Part shown: piece by piece, positions 1-21,720 of the stretch
Layout: every line of letters starts with the position of its first letter
Position numbering within the stretch: the stretch's first letter is position 1
Origin: the human T2T-CHM13v2.0 reference genome, Homo sapiens
Assembly (NCBI RefSeq): GCF_009914755.1
Contig: NC_060939.1
Direction: 5' to 3' (one strand)
Length of the DNA: 64,000 nucleotides
Notes under the pieces: model-generated
The model's input: the letters and a program-made list of their open reading frames with translations, nothing else
Databases searched by the model: none
What the model was told of the DNA's origin: nothing
Position numbers and translations under genes: made by a program

Positions 1-69
1 TCCTTCCTTCCTTCCTGTGAATAAGCAGTGTGGGGCTTGCTTGCTTGCTTTGAGTAAGTAGTGTGGGCT

Positions 70-1080
70 TTCTTTCTTTCCTTCTTTCTCTTTCTTTTTC
101 TCTTTCTCTCTCCCTCCTCCCTCCCTCCTCCCTCCCTCCTCCCTCCCTCCTTCATTCCCTCCATCCATCCCTCCCTCCTTCCTTCCCTCCCTCCTTCCTT
201 CCCTCCCTCCTTCCTTCCCTCCCTCCTTCCTTCTCTCCCTCCCTCCTTCCGTCCCTCCTTCCTTCCCTCCTTCCTTCCCTCCTTCCTTCCCTCCTTCCTT
301 CCCTCCCTCCTTCCCTCCCTCCTTCCCTCCCTCCTTCCTTCCCTCCCTCCATCCCTCCCTCCTTCCCTCTCTCCATCCCTCCCTCCTTCCTTCCTTCCCT
401 CCCTCTTTCCTTCCCTCCTTCCCTCTTTCCCTCCTTCCTTCCTTCCCTCTCTCCCTCCTTCTTTCCTTCCCTCTCTCCCTCCTTCCCTCCTTACCTCCCT
501 CCTTCCTTCCTTTCCTCCTTTCTTTTCTTCCTTTTCTCTTCTTCTCTTTCTCTCTCCCCCTCCCTCCTTCCCTCCCCCTCCCTCCTTCCCTCCCCCTTCC
601 TCCTTCCCTCCCCTTCTCTCCCTCCCCCTCCCCTCTGCCTCCCCCTCCCCTCTGCCTCCCCCTCCCCTCTGCCTCCCCCTCCCCCTCCCCCTCCCCTCCC
701 CTCCCCCTCCCCTCCCCCTCCCCTCCCCTCCCCCTCCCCTCCCCCTCCCCTCCCCTCCCCCTCCCCTCCCCCTCCCCTCCCCCTCCCCCTCCCCTCGCCC
801 TCCCCCTCCCCTCGCCCTCCCCCTCCCCTTCTCCTCCCCCTCCCCTTCTCCTCCCCCTCCCCTTCTCCTCCCCTCCCCCTCCCCTCCCCTCCCCCTTTCT
901 TCTTTCCCTCCCCTCCCCCTTTCTTCTTTCCCTCCCCTTCCCCTTTCCTCTTTCCCTCCCCTTCCCCTTTCCTCTTTCCTTCCTTTCTTTTCTCTCCTCT
1001 CTCTTTCTCTTTCTCTCTCTCTCTCTTTCTTTTCCTCTTTAATCTCTTTTCTCTTTTCTTCTTTAATCTCTTTTCTCTTC
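70..1080. repeat. ~1 kb polypyrimidine/polypurine low-complexity tract: (CCTT/CCCT)n, (CCCCT/CCCCCT)n and 24-bp units
   Basis: Almost only C/T on the + strand. Four ~24-bp units (ccctcccctccccctttcttcttt-like) near 880-980 and two tcttttcctctttaatctcttttt-like units near 1030-1077. Confidence 0.97.
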
Positions 1081-1426
1081 CACTCCAGGCCATGTGAAGT
1101 GCATCCAGGAGGGCTGTCTAGAGCAAGGGGGAACTTTGAGTGCAGAGAGGATGTGGAGCTCTAAGGAGGAACCTACAGGCTGTCCCTGTCTTTCAGCAAA
1201 TTGCATCCAGTCTGAGCTTCACTTTGCAACCCTGATTAGAAACCAGTTTGATCACACTGGGTCTTTCAACCGTTTGTCTGTGGCTAGAGTTCATAACTTC
1301 ATCTTTGTTAAGAGCCCACTACCTAGAACATTTATTTAATGTTAGAGCTCAAAACACCCTACCTCCCCTCTCCTCATCTTCTTTAGTGCCTTCAGTCTTT
1401 TTCAAACCCTAGCTCCAGCCTAATAA

Positions 1427-1520
1427 GTAACACATTAACTGGGTTTTCCTATTTATCTATCCTCTCGCATTACTTCTCTGAGTCAGAGCCTCTTCTCTCT
1501 AAGTCACGGGAACTGCCCTT
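1427..1520 (+). promoter_or_regulatory. GCNT3: Putative GCNT3 proximal promoter motifs: HNF1-like site, kB-like GGGTTTTCC, AP-1 TGAGTCA
   Basis: GTAACACATTAAC 1427-1439 (one perfect HNF1 half-site), GGGTTTTCC 1441-1449 and TGAGTCA 1479-1485, just upstream of the first non-coding exon. Motif matches only. Confidence 0.4.
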
Positions 1521-1678
1521 GCTACTTGTGACCTGCCCTTTACTCAGCAGTTTTTGTTCTGGGAAGCCCTGGGATTCTGCTAATACCTATCACTGTAGGT
1601 GCTGAAGGGAAACAGATGAAGAACATGACCTCAAGGAGCTTCCTGTCAATGAGAAGACCAAGCTGACGCCTGGCAAAG
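1490..1678 (+). other. GCNT3: GCNT3 non-coding exon 1 (start approximate)
   Basis: Ends at donor AAG|GTAAAT (1678/1679). The transcription start cannot be read from sequence. Confidence 0.6.
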
Positions 1679-3115
1679 GTAAATGCCACCATAACAAATT
1701 AAGTAAAAGTGTGCATTAGCTAATTTGTAAATTCAGCTTAAGATGAATCCTGCTTCTTGGGCCCTTCTCTGACGCTGGTGTTGGGACTGTAGGATTCCTC
1801 GAGCCTCCGTCAAGGTTAACATCAAATCCCACTGGCTTCTCTCAGCACCACCTTGATGACCCTAGCTTAGTTTCTCTGTTTCCCATGACTGGAACTCTTA
1901 GACCTTTCCACAAACATACAAGGATTTATAATTCAAAGCTCAAGCGATGAAGTTGAAGCTTTTGGCCCATAGGAAGCCTGAACTAGTGATTAGGAGAAAA
2001 AGATTGAGGAGTCTGAGTGGGAAGAGTTAGCTATTTGAAAGACAGCATTATAGTAGTAGTCATTGTAGGAAAACTCAGGACTGGGTTGGACTTACTTATA
2101 TTATGTTGCTTTATATTTTGGTTACTGAGGGAGGTGAAGGTCATCCTTTCAGTTCTTGGGATGTCTAAATAGCTTCATGACTCCTGGGCTGTTGGATAAA
2201 TTTGCTTTCAGCATCATCTGGCTGTACCTTTTGTCCTTAGCAGGGGTAAAAGGAACCCTGTGAAAAGCATCATACCCCAGGTTTCAGTTTTTGCCTTGAA
2301 ATGTGCCCGGGATCCCAGGCAGTCTGGGACTGCGCCCTTTCTCCCTCTTGCCAAGTGTCCTGTATGTTCTTCAGGGCTAGCATGGAATTAAGGTGAGGAA
2401 GCTGCTGGCCATCTTTCTGAATGCTTGCCTGATCTCTGCAGGTTGCCTCACCCCCGATCTTCCTGTGCCCTTCCGCAGCCATTCTGTCCCCTCTCCTGTA
2501 CCTCCCTGGGGTCAGTTGCAGCTCATCCCTGGTCTTATTCTGCCTGAGGTGCTGAGGGTGACAACTTACAATAGAGTCTCTCCACAGAACACAGAGATGG
2601 AGGGCAATTCTTAGTCCTTTCCCTCACTACATCATAAACATTAACACTTCTGCTTGGTCCAGAGTTCAGGAATGCTACTTGTAACCACCTTGAGTTATTT
2701 TGTCAGTAAAATAGGTCTTTGTGGGCTAGCACTGGATCTATTTCATGATAACCTTCACTGAGGGGCTGTAAGTACCAGGCTATATTTGCCTGGTCCTTCA
2801 TATGTATCTTGTTTAATCTTCTCAATAGTAGTAGAAAACAAATATTAGCATTAGCTTCTATTATGCAAAAGAATTCACTAAAATACAGACTGATGAATGA
2901 ATTTGTTGCAGATCATTCAGCTTGAATGTGGCAGAGCCAGGATTCAGACCTAGCTTTTTTGGGCTGAGTCCCACGCTGGGCTTTATTACTAGGTACTTGA
3001 CGTTACTATAATGTAGACCATCTCAACAAAATAGAGCCACGATTTCTTAATGTGTTATTAACAAATACTTAACACATAACCAACTTACTTTGGTTACCTT
3101 AAAAATAAAATATTT

Positions 3116-3742
<627 letters not shown>

Positions 3743-4003
3743 TCAAGGTGTTGTCTCTTACTGAGGGAATCTATAATGCAGTTTTTATGGGAATGAAGGT
3801 GAGACTTGAGGGGGGCACCAAAGAAAAGTAAGATACTAATAAAGTGGAGGAGTTTTTCTAGATTAGAATACTGAAGCAAGTGCTTATCCCATAATCATTC
3901 TTGTCCCAGAGATTTTATACTCAACAATGGAAAGTCACTGAGAATCCCAGTACCGCAGAAAACAGCCTGTGGAGCAGGGCCCACGTAGGGGTGCAGATGA
4001 CCC

Positions 4004-4556
4004 TGTTACCAGAAAGGGGTCCCGATCCAGACCCCAACAGAGGGTTCTTGGATCTTGCGCAAGAAAGAATTCAGGGCGAGTCCGTAAAGTGAAAGCAAGT
4101 TCATTAAGAAAGTAAAGGAATAAGAGAATAGCTACTCCATAGACATAGCAGCCCTGAGGGGACTACTGGTTGCCCATTTTAATGGTTATTTCTTGATGAT
4201 ACGCTAAACAAGGGGTGGGTTATTCATGCCTCCCCCTTTTAGATCAAATAGGGTATCTTCCTGTTGTTGCCATGGTATTTGTAAATTGTCATGGCACTGG
4301 GGGCAGTGTAGCAGTGAGGAGGACAGGAGGTCACTGTCGTCACCATCTTGGTTTTGGTGGGTTTTAGCTGGCTTCTTTACTACAATCTGTTTTATCAGCA
4401 AGATTGTTATGACCTGTATCTTGGGCCTATCTCCTCTATCTCATCCTGTGATTTAGAATGCCTTAACCATCTGCTAATGCAGCCCAGTAGGTCTCAGCCT
4501 CATTTTACCCAGCCCTTATTCAAGATGGAGTTGCTCTGGTTCAAGCACCTCTGACA
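4004..4556 (-). mobile_element. Solo ERV1 LTR, MER41 family (length fits MER41A)
   Basis: TG...CA termini and a 4-bp ACCC target-site duplication (4000-4003 / 4557-4560). Minus strand begins tgtcagaggtgcttgaaccagagcaactccatcttgaat, matching the MER41 5' end as I recall it. 553 bp. Confidence 0.85.
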
Positions 4557-5241
4557 ACCCTACATGACTTTCTTGTCTTTGCTGTGGCTTCATCTAAGTC
4601 AGAGGCCGGTGGGCAGAGGACCAAAAAATAAAATACCTAAATTCTCTGCGCTGAAAATCTTGGAGGTGTGTGCATGTAAACAATTTGTGCACCAAGAAGG
4701 CAACTCTGACTCATCTCCATTATTGCCTCATTATCTTCAGGAGAAATCCACCCTTCTCAACTCTACTTTGTAATGCTGGAGGTTATTCATGCCTCTTGCA
4801 AACCACGTTTCTGCTTAAACTCTGCCAATAAAGGGCACTGGAGGGAGACAGCCGGCTGGAGGAGGGACTTCCTGTTTGCTTCCTATCTGCTTCCTGGTTC
4901 TGTGAGCATCACCATGTCAACGCCTATTTATGTCTCAGTGGCTGTTCCTTTGTGTAGCTGCACTAAATTCAGTTTACAGTAGCTATCGGCAAAGATTTCA
5001 TTTGCCTCCTGAGAGGTCTGGATCTCAGCCCAGAGGGCCCTCCTGTGAGCTCAGAGACCTCAGCATTTGTTGAGTGGTCACCACTCTTCAGAGCCATGAG
5101 TTTCAGCTTCTTCGGTGTCTCTCCACCCAAAATTTCAATTTAATAATTTTCAGTTCCTCCCTTAATTCCCTCAATCTAGGAGTGGTAGCTATGTCCAACA
5201 ATTGCTAGTGCCTTAATAGTGACTCCTTCCCCAACACTTTA

Positions 5242-5604
<363 letters not shown>

Positions 5605-6384
5605 TCAGATATTTGGTTAGGAGTGTTGCTTTTTAGGAGGAGCAGTTGGGGGCCGGGTTGGGGAGAAGCTAACAATGTCAGCAGCTTTGAAGAAGGCATT
5701 TTGTAATCTATACCATGGCCAAAACCACCCCATGGGGCTCTCACTGAAGTCCAACAGCCCATAGTGTAATCCATTCCTTAGACTGCCAACAGCTCTAGAC
5801 TCATAGACATTAGTGAGGGAGCTCTACAAACTGGAACCCTGTGGGTATTTCTACAACTTACAGATTATTAATAGTCGTGCAAAGACAGGCAAATGGATGT
5901 TTTCTGGTGGGGTACCGGGAGGGAGCAGTTGCATTTGAAGAATGAACTATGGATTTCATTGATGTGCTTTTTTTAAAGAAAAGTAAAATAACAAAAGAAA
6001 AATCCTTGAAGAGTATTTTTATTCCCACCTCTTGTAATGTTCAGGGAACATGAGTGACATTTGGACTCCCAAACAAAAGAAGGGAGGGGCATATCTCTCT
6101 GTTTCTATGGTTCCTCGTTGAGGGAAAAAGGCTTTCAAGTTCTTGCGTGAGCACTGACAGGCTTTTATGAATAGTTGGTGACACAGGTACAAACTGGGCT
6201 GTTCTGGCTGAAATATCTGTTTGCCTTGTCGGATATTGCCAGCATTCTTCCTGCCTCACTGACCTCCCTGAATGACTTGGGCTTGAGAATGTTTCTGCAT
6301 GATTTCTCTGAGCTTGCTGTCTTACCTGAGAGCAGGAAGTCAAAAGGAGAGTGATGGAGCCACCTGCTGCCCTCTACTTTGCAG

Positions 6385-6574
6385 ATATTAAAGAGGAGCC
6401 TGAAACTGTTCCTTGGACATCTTATGAATGTCAGAAAATACCTTTTGGAGGGTTAGAAGATCAGGGGACATGGTTGTTCACATTTGCTGCCACGGAACAC
6501 CGCCAGTCTTCACTTGGAAACAGAATCACGCCTTGTGAAGAGATCATCCCTAAGCAGGAGAGAAGCTACTAAAG
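6385..6574 (+). other. GCNT3: GCNT3 non-coding exon 2
   Basis: Acceptor ccctctactttgcag|AT at 6384/6385; donor AAG|GTGAGA at 6574/6575. Confidence 0.7.
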
Positions 6575-7931
6575 GTGAGAATTTTCTTCATTTTTCATTT
6601 TCCTTCCTCTTAGATTCCCATAAAAGCTATTACTAAAGAGAATACATTCTTGTGTTTAGGAAGAGCTACAACAAGGGAAAATAATCATTGCTTGAAGGAT
6701 GTGGCACATTTTGTCCCTCTCCTTATAGGGATTATTTTCTATAATATCTGGTTTTCTTTACTGATATTCAGTACCCTTTATTGTATTTATTTTTTCTTTT
6801 TTTTCCATATTCATCTTAGGATTTCAATGTACAATGTTTTTTCTTTATTTTTCTTTTGTTTTCTTTTTTTTTTTTTTTTTTTTTAAAGGGGCTTCCTGGT
6901 CTTCATCGGACAGTGAAATTTGTTTGGGAGTCCAAACAAAATATAAAAGAGCTATAATACTTCCTGTATTGTATTTCAAAGGTAGCTGTGGTTTGTTGGA
7001 ACAAGCATTAGGCTTGTAGACAAAAACACTGGGGGAGAAGAGAGAGTGGAGAGGAGTCCTGGATTTGCTTCTTAAAACATGTGTATTTGGCAAGTTATTT
7101 AGCTTCTGTTTTCCTATCTATAAAAGAGGCTTAATAATACATTTCAGATTGGTTGTGAAGGTTATTAAATGGGACAGTGTAAATAAATATTTCTCACCCA
7201 CAAAAGGTACTCATTAAATATTGTATATACACAGCTTGTGTGCAAGTATATTTTAAACTTGGATGGATACTCTGAATGATTTCAATGCATTTTTGGATAA
7301 TATCCAGTTATTTTTACTTCTTTAAGAACATTTTTTAAAAAGTGTGGCTAGATGTCACATCTGACCAATGAATTATATATGGTGAAAAGCATTCTAATGC
7401 TATATAAATTGCCAAAATAGAAGCAAGAAATGTTTTGAAAGGACCTTTAGGTTTCTAGAACCGATGCCAAGAGTCTGAATTTTATGGATTTTTCTCTCCA
7501 GATCTATCAGAAATTCCAGACCCCAGATAAGAGTTATATTCTAGGGTGGTAAGGCATGAGAAGAAGAATGAGGAATGAAGGGTGGGTGGGGACGTGCTCT
7601 TACTAATGACGCTCCATGGCAGCAGGTGCTCAGTTGTTCCTTTTCTCCTGGGGTGGAGGTGGATCCAGATCCAGACTTGAGTGTGGTCGGCTAGTTTGTA
7701 GGGTCAGATTACAGATCTCCATCAACAAACCAGATGTAAGGGGCTTCTAGGCAGGTCTTTACTAAGGATTTTTGTCCAGGTAAGAAATATTTTTTGCCAT
7801 CAGTTTGGAATTGAACTTGATGTTTCTGGGAATGATTGGTTTGTAACTGGAGGCATTTTGTTCTGTCCAAGGATTGTGTCCTCCTCCACCTTCCCTGTGC
7901 TCGGTCTCCACCTGTCTCCCATTCTGTGACG

Positions 7932-9248
7932 ATGGTTCAATGGAAGAGACTCTGCCAGCTGCATTACTTGTGGGCTCTGGGCTGCTATATGCTGCTGGCC
8001 ACTGTGGCTCTGAAACTTTCTTTCAGGTTGAAGTGTGACTCTGACCACTTGGGTCTGGAGTCCAGGGAATCTCAAAGCCAGTACTGTAGGAATATCTTGT
8101 ATAATTTCCTGAAACTTCCAGCAAAGAGGTCTATCAACTGTTGAGGGGTCACCCGAGGGGACCAAGAGGCAGTGCTTCAGGCTATTCTGAATAACCTGGA
8201 GGTCAAGAAGAAGCGAGAGCCTTTCACAGACACCCACTACCTCTCCCTCACCAGAGACTGTGAGCACTTCAAGGCTGAAAGGAAGTTCATACAGTTCCCA
8301 CTGAGCAAAGAAGAGGTGGAGTTCCCTATTGCATACTCTATGGTGATTCATGAGAAGATTGAAAACTTTGAAAGGCTACTGCGAGCTGTGTATGCCCCTC
8401 AGAACATATACTGTGTCCATGTGGATGAGAAGTCCCCAGAAACTTTCAAAGAGGCGGTCAAAGCAATTATTTCTTGCTTCCCAAATGTCTTCATAGCCAG
8501 TAAGCTGGTTCGGGTGGTTTATGCCTCCTGGTCCAGGGTGCAAGCTGACCTCAACTGCATGGAAGACTTGCTCCAGAGCTCAGTGCCGTGGAAATACTTC
8601 CTGAATACATGTGGGACGGACTTTCCTATAAAGAGCAATGCAGAGATGGTCCAGGCTCTCAAGATGTTGAATGGGAGGAATAGCATGGAGTCAGAGGTAC
8701 CTCCTAAGCACAAAGAAACCCGCTGGAAATATCACTTTGAGGTAGTGAGAGACACATTACACCTAACCAACAAGAAGAAGGATCCTCCCCCTTATAATTT
8801 AACTATGTTTACAGGGAATGCGTACATTGTGGCTTCCCGAGATTTCGTCCAACATGTTTTGAAGAACCCTAAATCCCAACAACTGATTGAATGGGTAAAA
8901 GACACTTATAGCCCAGATGAACACCTCTGGGCCACCCTTCAGCGTGCACGGTGGATGCCTGGCTCTGTTCCCAACCACCCCAAGTACGACATCTCAGACA
9001 TGACTTCTATTGCCAGGCTGGTCAAGTGGCAGGGTCATGAGGGAGACATCGATAAGGGTGCTCCTTATGCTCCCTGCTCTGGAATCCACCAGCGGGCTAT
9101 CTGCGTTTATGGGGCTGGGGACTTGAATTGGATGCTTCAAAACCATCACCTGTTGGCCAACAAGTTTGACCCAAAGGTAGATGATAATGCTCTTCAGTGC
9201 TTAGAAGAATACCTACGTTATAAGGCCATCTATGGGACTGAACTTTGA
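7932..9248 (+). CDS. GCNT3: Mucin-type core 2/core 4 beta-1,6-N-acetylglucosaminyltransferase (C2GnT-M, GT14), single coding exon, interrupted by in-frame TGA at codon 71 (8142-8144)
   Basis: ATG in strong Kozak context (gacgATGG) 60 nt after acceptor aag|G 7871/7872. [27 protein letters not shown] signal-anchor; GT14 motifs [35 protein letters not shown]. ORFs 7836-8144 and 8172-9248 share one frame; 1317 nt = 438 codons plus stop. Confidence 0.97.
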
Positions 9249-9679
9249 GACACACTATGAGAGCGTTGCTACCTGTGGGGCAAGAGCATGTACAAACATG
9301 CTCAGAACTTGCTGGGACAGTGTGGGTGGGAGACCAGGGCTTTGCAATTCGTGGCATCCTTTAGGATAAGAGGGCTGCTATTAGATTGTGGGTAAGTAGA
9401 TCTTTTGCCTTGCAAATTGCTGCCTGGGTGAATGCTGCTTGTTCTCTCACCCCTAACCCTAGTAGTTCCTCCACTAACTTTCTCACTAAGTGAGAATGAG
9501 AACTGCTGTGATAGGGAGAGTGAAGGAGGGATATGTGGTAGAGCACTTGATTTCAGTTGAATGCCTGCTGGTAGCTTTTCCATTCTGTGGAGCTGCCGTT
9601 CCTAATAATTCCAGGTTTGGTAGCGTGGAGGAGAACTTTGATGGAAAGAGAACCTTCCCTTCTGTACTGTTAACTTAAA

Positions 9680-9685
9680 AATAAA
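9680..9685 (+). terminator. GCNT3: GCNT3 proximal poly(A) signal AATAAA
   Basis: First AATAAA seen ~430 nt after the stop. Further AATAAA near 10487-10498 and at 12401-12406. Confidence 0.6.
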
Positions 9686-9861
9686 TAGCTCCTGATTCAA
9701 AGTATTACCTCTACTTTTTGCCTAGTATGCCAGAAATAATATAAATCTAAACAGATAAAGTGTGTGAGACTTTTTCTCATAACTATTCATGACATTTAAA
9801 ATCCCTAGGGGCTGGCAAGAGAGTTCTCATTATTCTGAAATGGTCCTGACAAGCTGCATGA

Positions 9862-10158
<297 letters not shown>

Positions 10159-10561
10159 TACAAATAGCAAATTCTAACGAAGACAGGGGAACAGGGATGG
10201 TTCTTCCATTGTTAAAAGCCATCCTCATTTTGTTTATATTGCCAGGTTTGTGATTTTTCTGTAAAGGAAAAGGCAGGGTGATTTAACCAGTTTGACCACC
10301 TTTCCTGTACTCTTACAGGAAAATCGCAGCACTAATTCTAATTTTGTCCACTTTACAGCCAAAGCTTAGCTAATGTTCCATAAAGGAGATAATAGCCAAT
10401 CAGGTAAGGTAATGTGTAATTCATTATTCAAAGTGGAACATGTTTTTGTAGGGGGAGAGTCTGCACTATTAATAATTGTATTGAGAAATAAAAATAAACT
10501 AGGACTATTCAGTTAAACCAGGATGTCTTATTATTCCATGTTTAGGCCTCTTGAGTCAAAA

Positions 10562-10564
<3 letters not shown>

Positions 10565-10595
<31 letters not shown>

Positions 10596-10878
10596 GAGAC
10601 AGGTTCTCACTCTGTTGCCCAGGCTGGAGTGCAGTGGCATGATCTTGGCTCACTGAAGCCTCTGCCTCCCAGGTTCAAGTGATTCTCCCCCCAAACCTTG
10701 CAAGTAGCTGGGATTACAGATGTGAGCCACCATGCCCAGCTGATTTTTGTGTATTTTTAGTAAAGATGGGGTTTCACCATGTTGGCCAGGTTGGTCTCAA
10801 ACTCCTGGCCTCAAGTGATCCACCTGCCCCAGCCTCCCAAAGTGCTGGGATTACAGGTGTGAGCCACCATGCCTGGTC
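10565..10878 (-). mobile_element. Alu
   Basis: Long poly-T; TSD cctcttgagtcaaaactctt on both sides. Confidence 0.95.
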
Positions 10879-11277
10879 CCCTCTTGAGTCAAAACTCTTA
10901 TTTCAGAATGCGAATGGAAGGATCGCTATTAGTGATTCTGCAGATTACACATTTCCTTGCGGGGAGACAATAAGGTATGTGTAAATACATATATGTGTGT
11001 GTATGTATACACACATACAGCACGCTACCTCCCAAGTGTTACCTAGTGAAACAGTTTCCTTTCCGAAGCTCCAGAGATGGTTGTTGGCTAAGTTATACTC
11101 TTCTGTGATGGGCAAGGGATACTATAAAAACATAGGCAGTGCCCTTTGAATATAGTACAGCTCATCTTCTGCATACGATATGCCCTGGAAAGGTGATTTA
11201 TATGCAAGTTAATTGGTGTAATCTGAAGGATGCTCCCATTAATACGTCATGATGTCATTAATATGTTTCTTCCTTTC

Positions 11278-11279
<2 letters not shown>

Positions 11280-11309
<30 letters not shown>

Positions 11310-11598
11310 GAGACAGAGTCTCACTCTGTCACCCAGGTTGGAGTGCAACGAATGGCGCAATCTTGGCTCATTACAACCTCCGCCTCCTGGGTCCAAGCGA
11401 TTCTCCTGCCTCAGCCTCCTGAGTAACTGGGATTACAGGTGTGTGCCACCTTGCCTGGCTAATTTTTTTGTATTTTTTTAGTAGAAACAGGGTTTCACCA
11501 TGTTGGTCAGGCTGGTCTGAACTCCTGACCTCAAGTGATCCACTTGCCTTGGCTTCCCAAAGTGCTGGGATTACAGGCGTGAGCTACCGCACCCAGCC
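11280..11598 (-). mobile_element. Alu
   Basis: Poly-T and antisense Alu; TSD cctttctga. Confidence 0.93.
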
Positions 11599-11714
11599 CT
11601 TTCTGAGTGTTGTCATTCAATTCATCAAGTTTTCTGTCATGATCAACTTTCTCTATGCAAACCCTGTAACTCTGACAGTTATCACTGTGTCTGACACAGT
11701 GAATTTTTTATTTA

Positions 11715-12206
<492 letters not shown>

Positions 12207-12400
12207 TCACGGCCTCCCCCTGCTGGCTGATGTGATGGTCCTTGGTCCTCCTCTGAAGGAGGTAGAAGGGGCACACGGCCACCGTGGGAAGTAGGCAGAA
12301 AAGCCTCCCTGGGTGCAGATTCTCTGAGAAAAGAACTTTGGCCTCATAGTTAACTTACTCCAAAAGCTTTCGTGTGAAATAATTTATAATTTTTTATATA

Positions 12401-12415
12401 AATAAAAAGATTAAA
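12401..12415 (+). terminator. GCNT3: Candidate distal GCNT3 poly(A) signals AATAAA + ATTAAA
   Basis: aataaaaagattaaa followed by a U-rich downstream element (tgtcatttttttt). Confidence 0.45.
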
Positions 12416-12834
12416 ATGTGAACTTGTCATTTTTTTGGGGATAAGTTACTGAAATTTTTCAACCATTGAAATTTTCTCTAGAAATATATTCAGGTGCGTA
12501 GGAAGTGCTGTTTATTTAATAACACAGGGTGTTCATATCAGAGGGGTCGAATTTAGCCCTCATTTGTTTAGTGTATTATAGAAATCATACACCAACACAT
12601 CTGCTGATTTTTCTCTTCCCTCTGAGTCATATCTGTGTCTTTAACCGTTCTCTGGTAAGGAAAAATCTCACAAATTAATTGAACAACTGTGTTTGTATTA
12701 CCTCTCAGGGTTTGGATTTCCTCCTTATTTTTTATCTGTGGGCTATTGGTAAGCATTGTTTTAATAACTGCATTTTTGTTGTACACTCTGCTCATTGTAG
12801 TTTTTGTCTTTCTCTTGGTTGAGTGGAAAAAATG

Positions 12835-14120
<1,286 letters not shown>

Positions 14121-14214
14121 CATTTAATTTTTTATTACAAAGATGAATAAGATATGGTTTCTGCCTCTATGAAGCTTGAATGTACTGGCAATCAATGAGA
14201 TAACGTCTTCATCC

Positions 14215-16450
<2,236 letters not shown>

Positions 16451-16779
16451 TTTTGAGGAGTTTTACTTTAAGCCAAAAGAAGCAGAAAAAAAGTAAAGTA
16501 ACTGGTTAAGAGAAGGTTATCTTGAAAATGTATAAAGTGGTAACCTGTTGGTATATTGATGGGAAAGATCTAGTCAAGAGGAAAAGATGTAGGAATGAGT
16601 TGGGAGGCTTGCCAGAATGATGACATCTTTGGAAAGAAAAGAGAGATGATTATTTAAGGGCCCAAGAAGAAAGGCTTGTCTTTCATGGAAGTATGAACAG
16701 TTCACCTACAGTAACAGGAGTGAAGGCAGCGTGGATGGACTCAGCTGTAGTAGATGGGTGGATGTTGTGGGATCTGTGG

Positions 16780-17054
<275 letters not shown>

Positions 17055-17059
17055 TCTTT

Positions 17060-21720
<4,661 letters not shown>

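Noticed and set aside
61-1164. Long Pro/Ser/Leu-rich and Gly/Arg/Glu-rich ORFs on both strands
   Set aside because: Artefacts of a C/T-only tract that rarely contains stop codons.
8142-8144. Selenocysteine or programmed readthrough at the GCNT3 TGA
   Set aside because: The residue I recall is Ser, GT14 enzymes are not known selenoproteins, and TGA-G is not the leaky TGA-C context. I found no convincing SECIS by eye; a SECISearch run would settle it.
7800-8351. 183-aa antisense ORF over GCNT3
   Set aside because: Shadow of the coding strand with no recognisable motif.
8172-9248. Separate 358-aa gene starting at GTG
   Set aside because: It is the post-stop remainder of GCNT3 in the same frame, with no signal-anchor.
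11682-11702. Palindrome tcactgtgtc-t-gacacagtga containing back-to-back RSS heptamers
   Set aside because: No ACAAAAACC nonamer at 12 or 23 bp after the CACAGTG; short enough to arise by chance.
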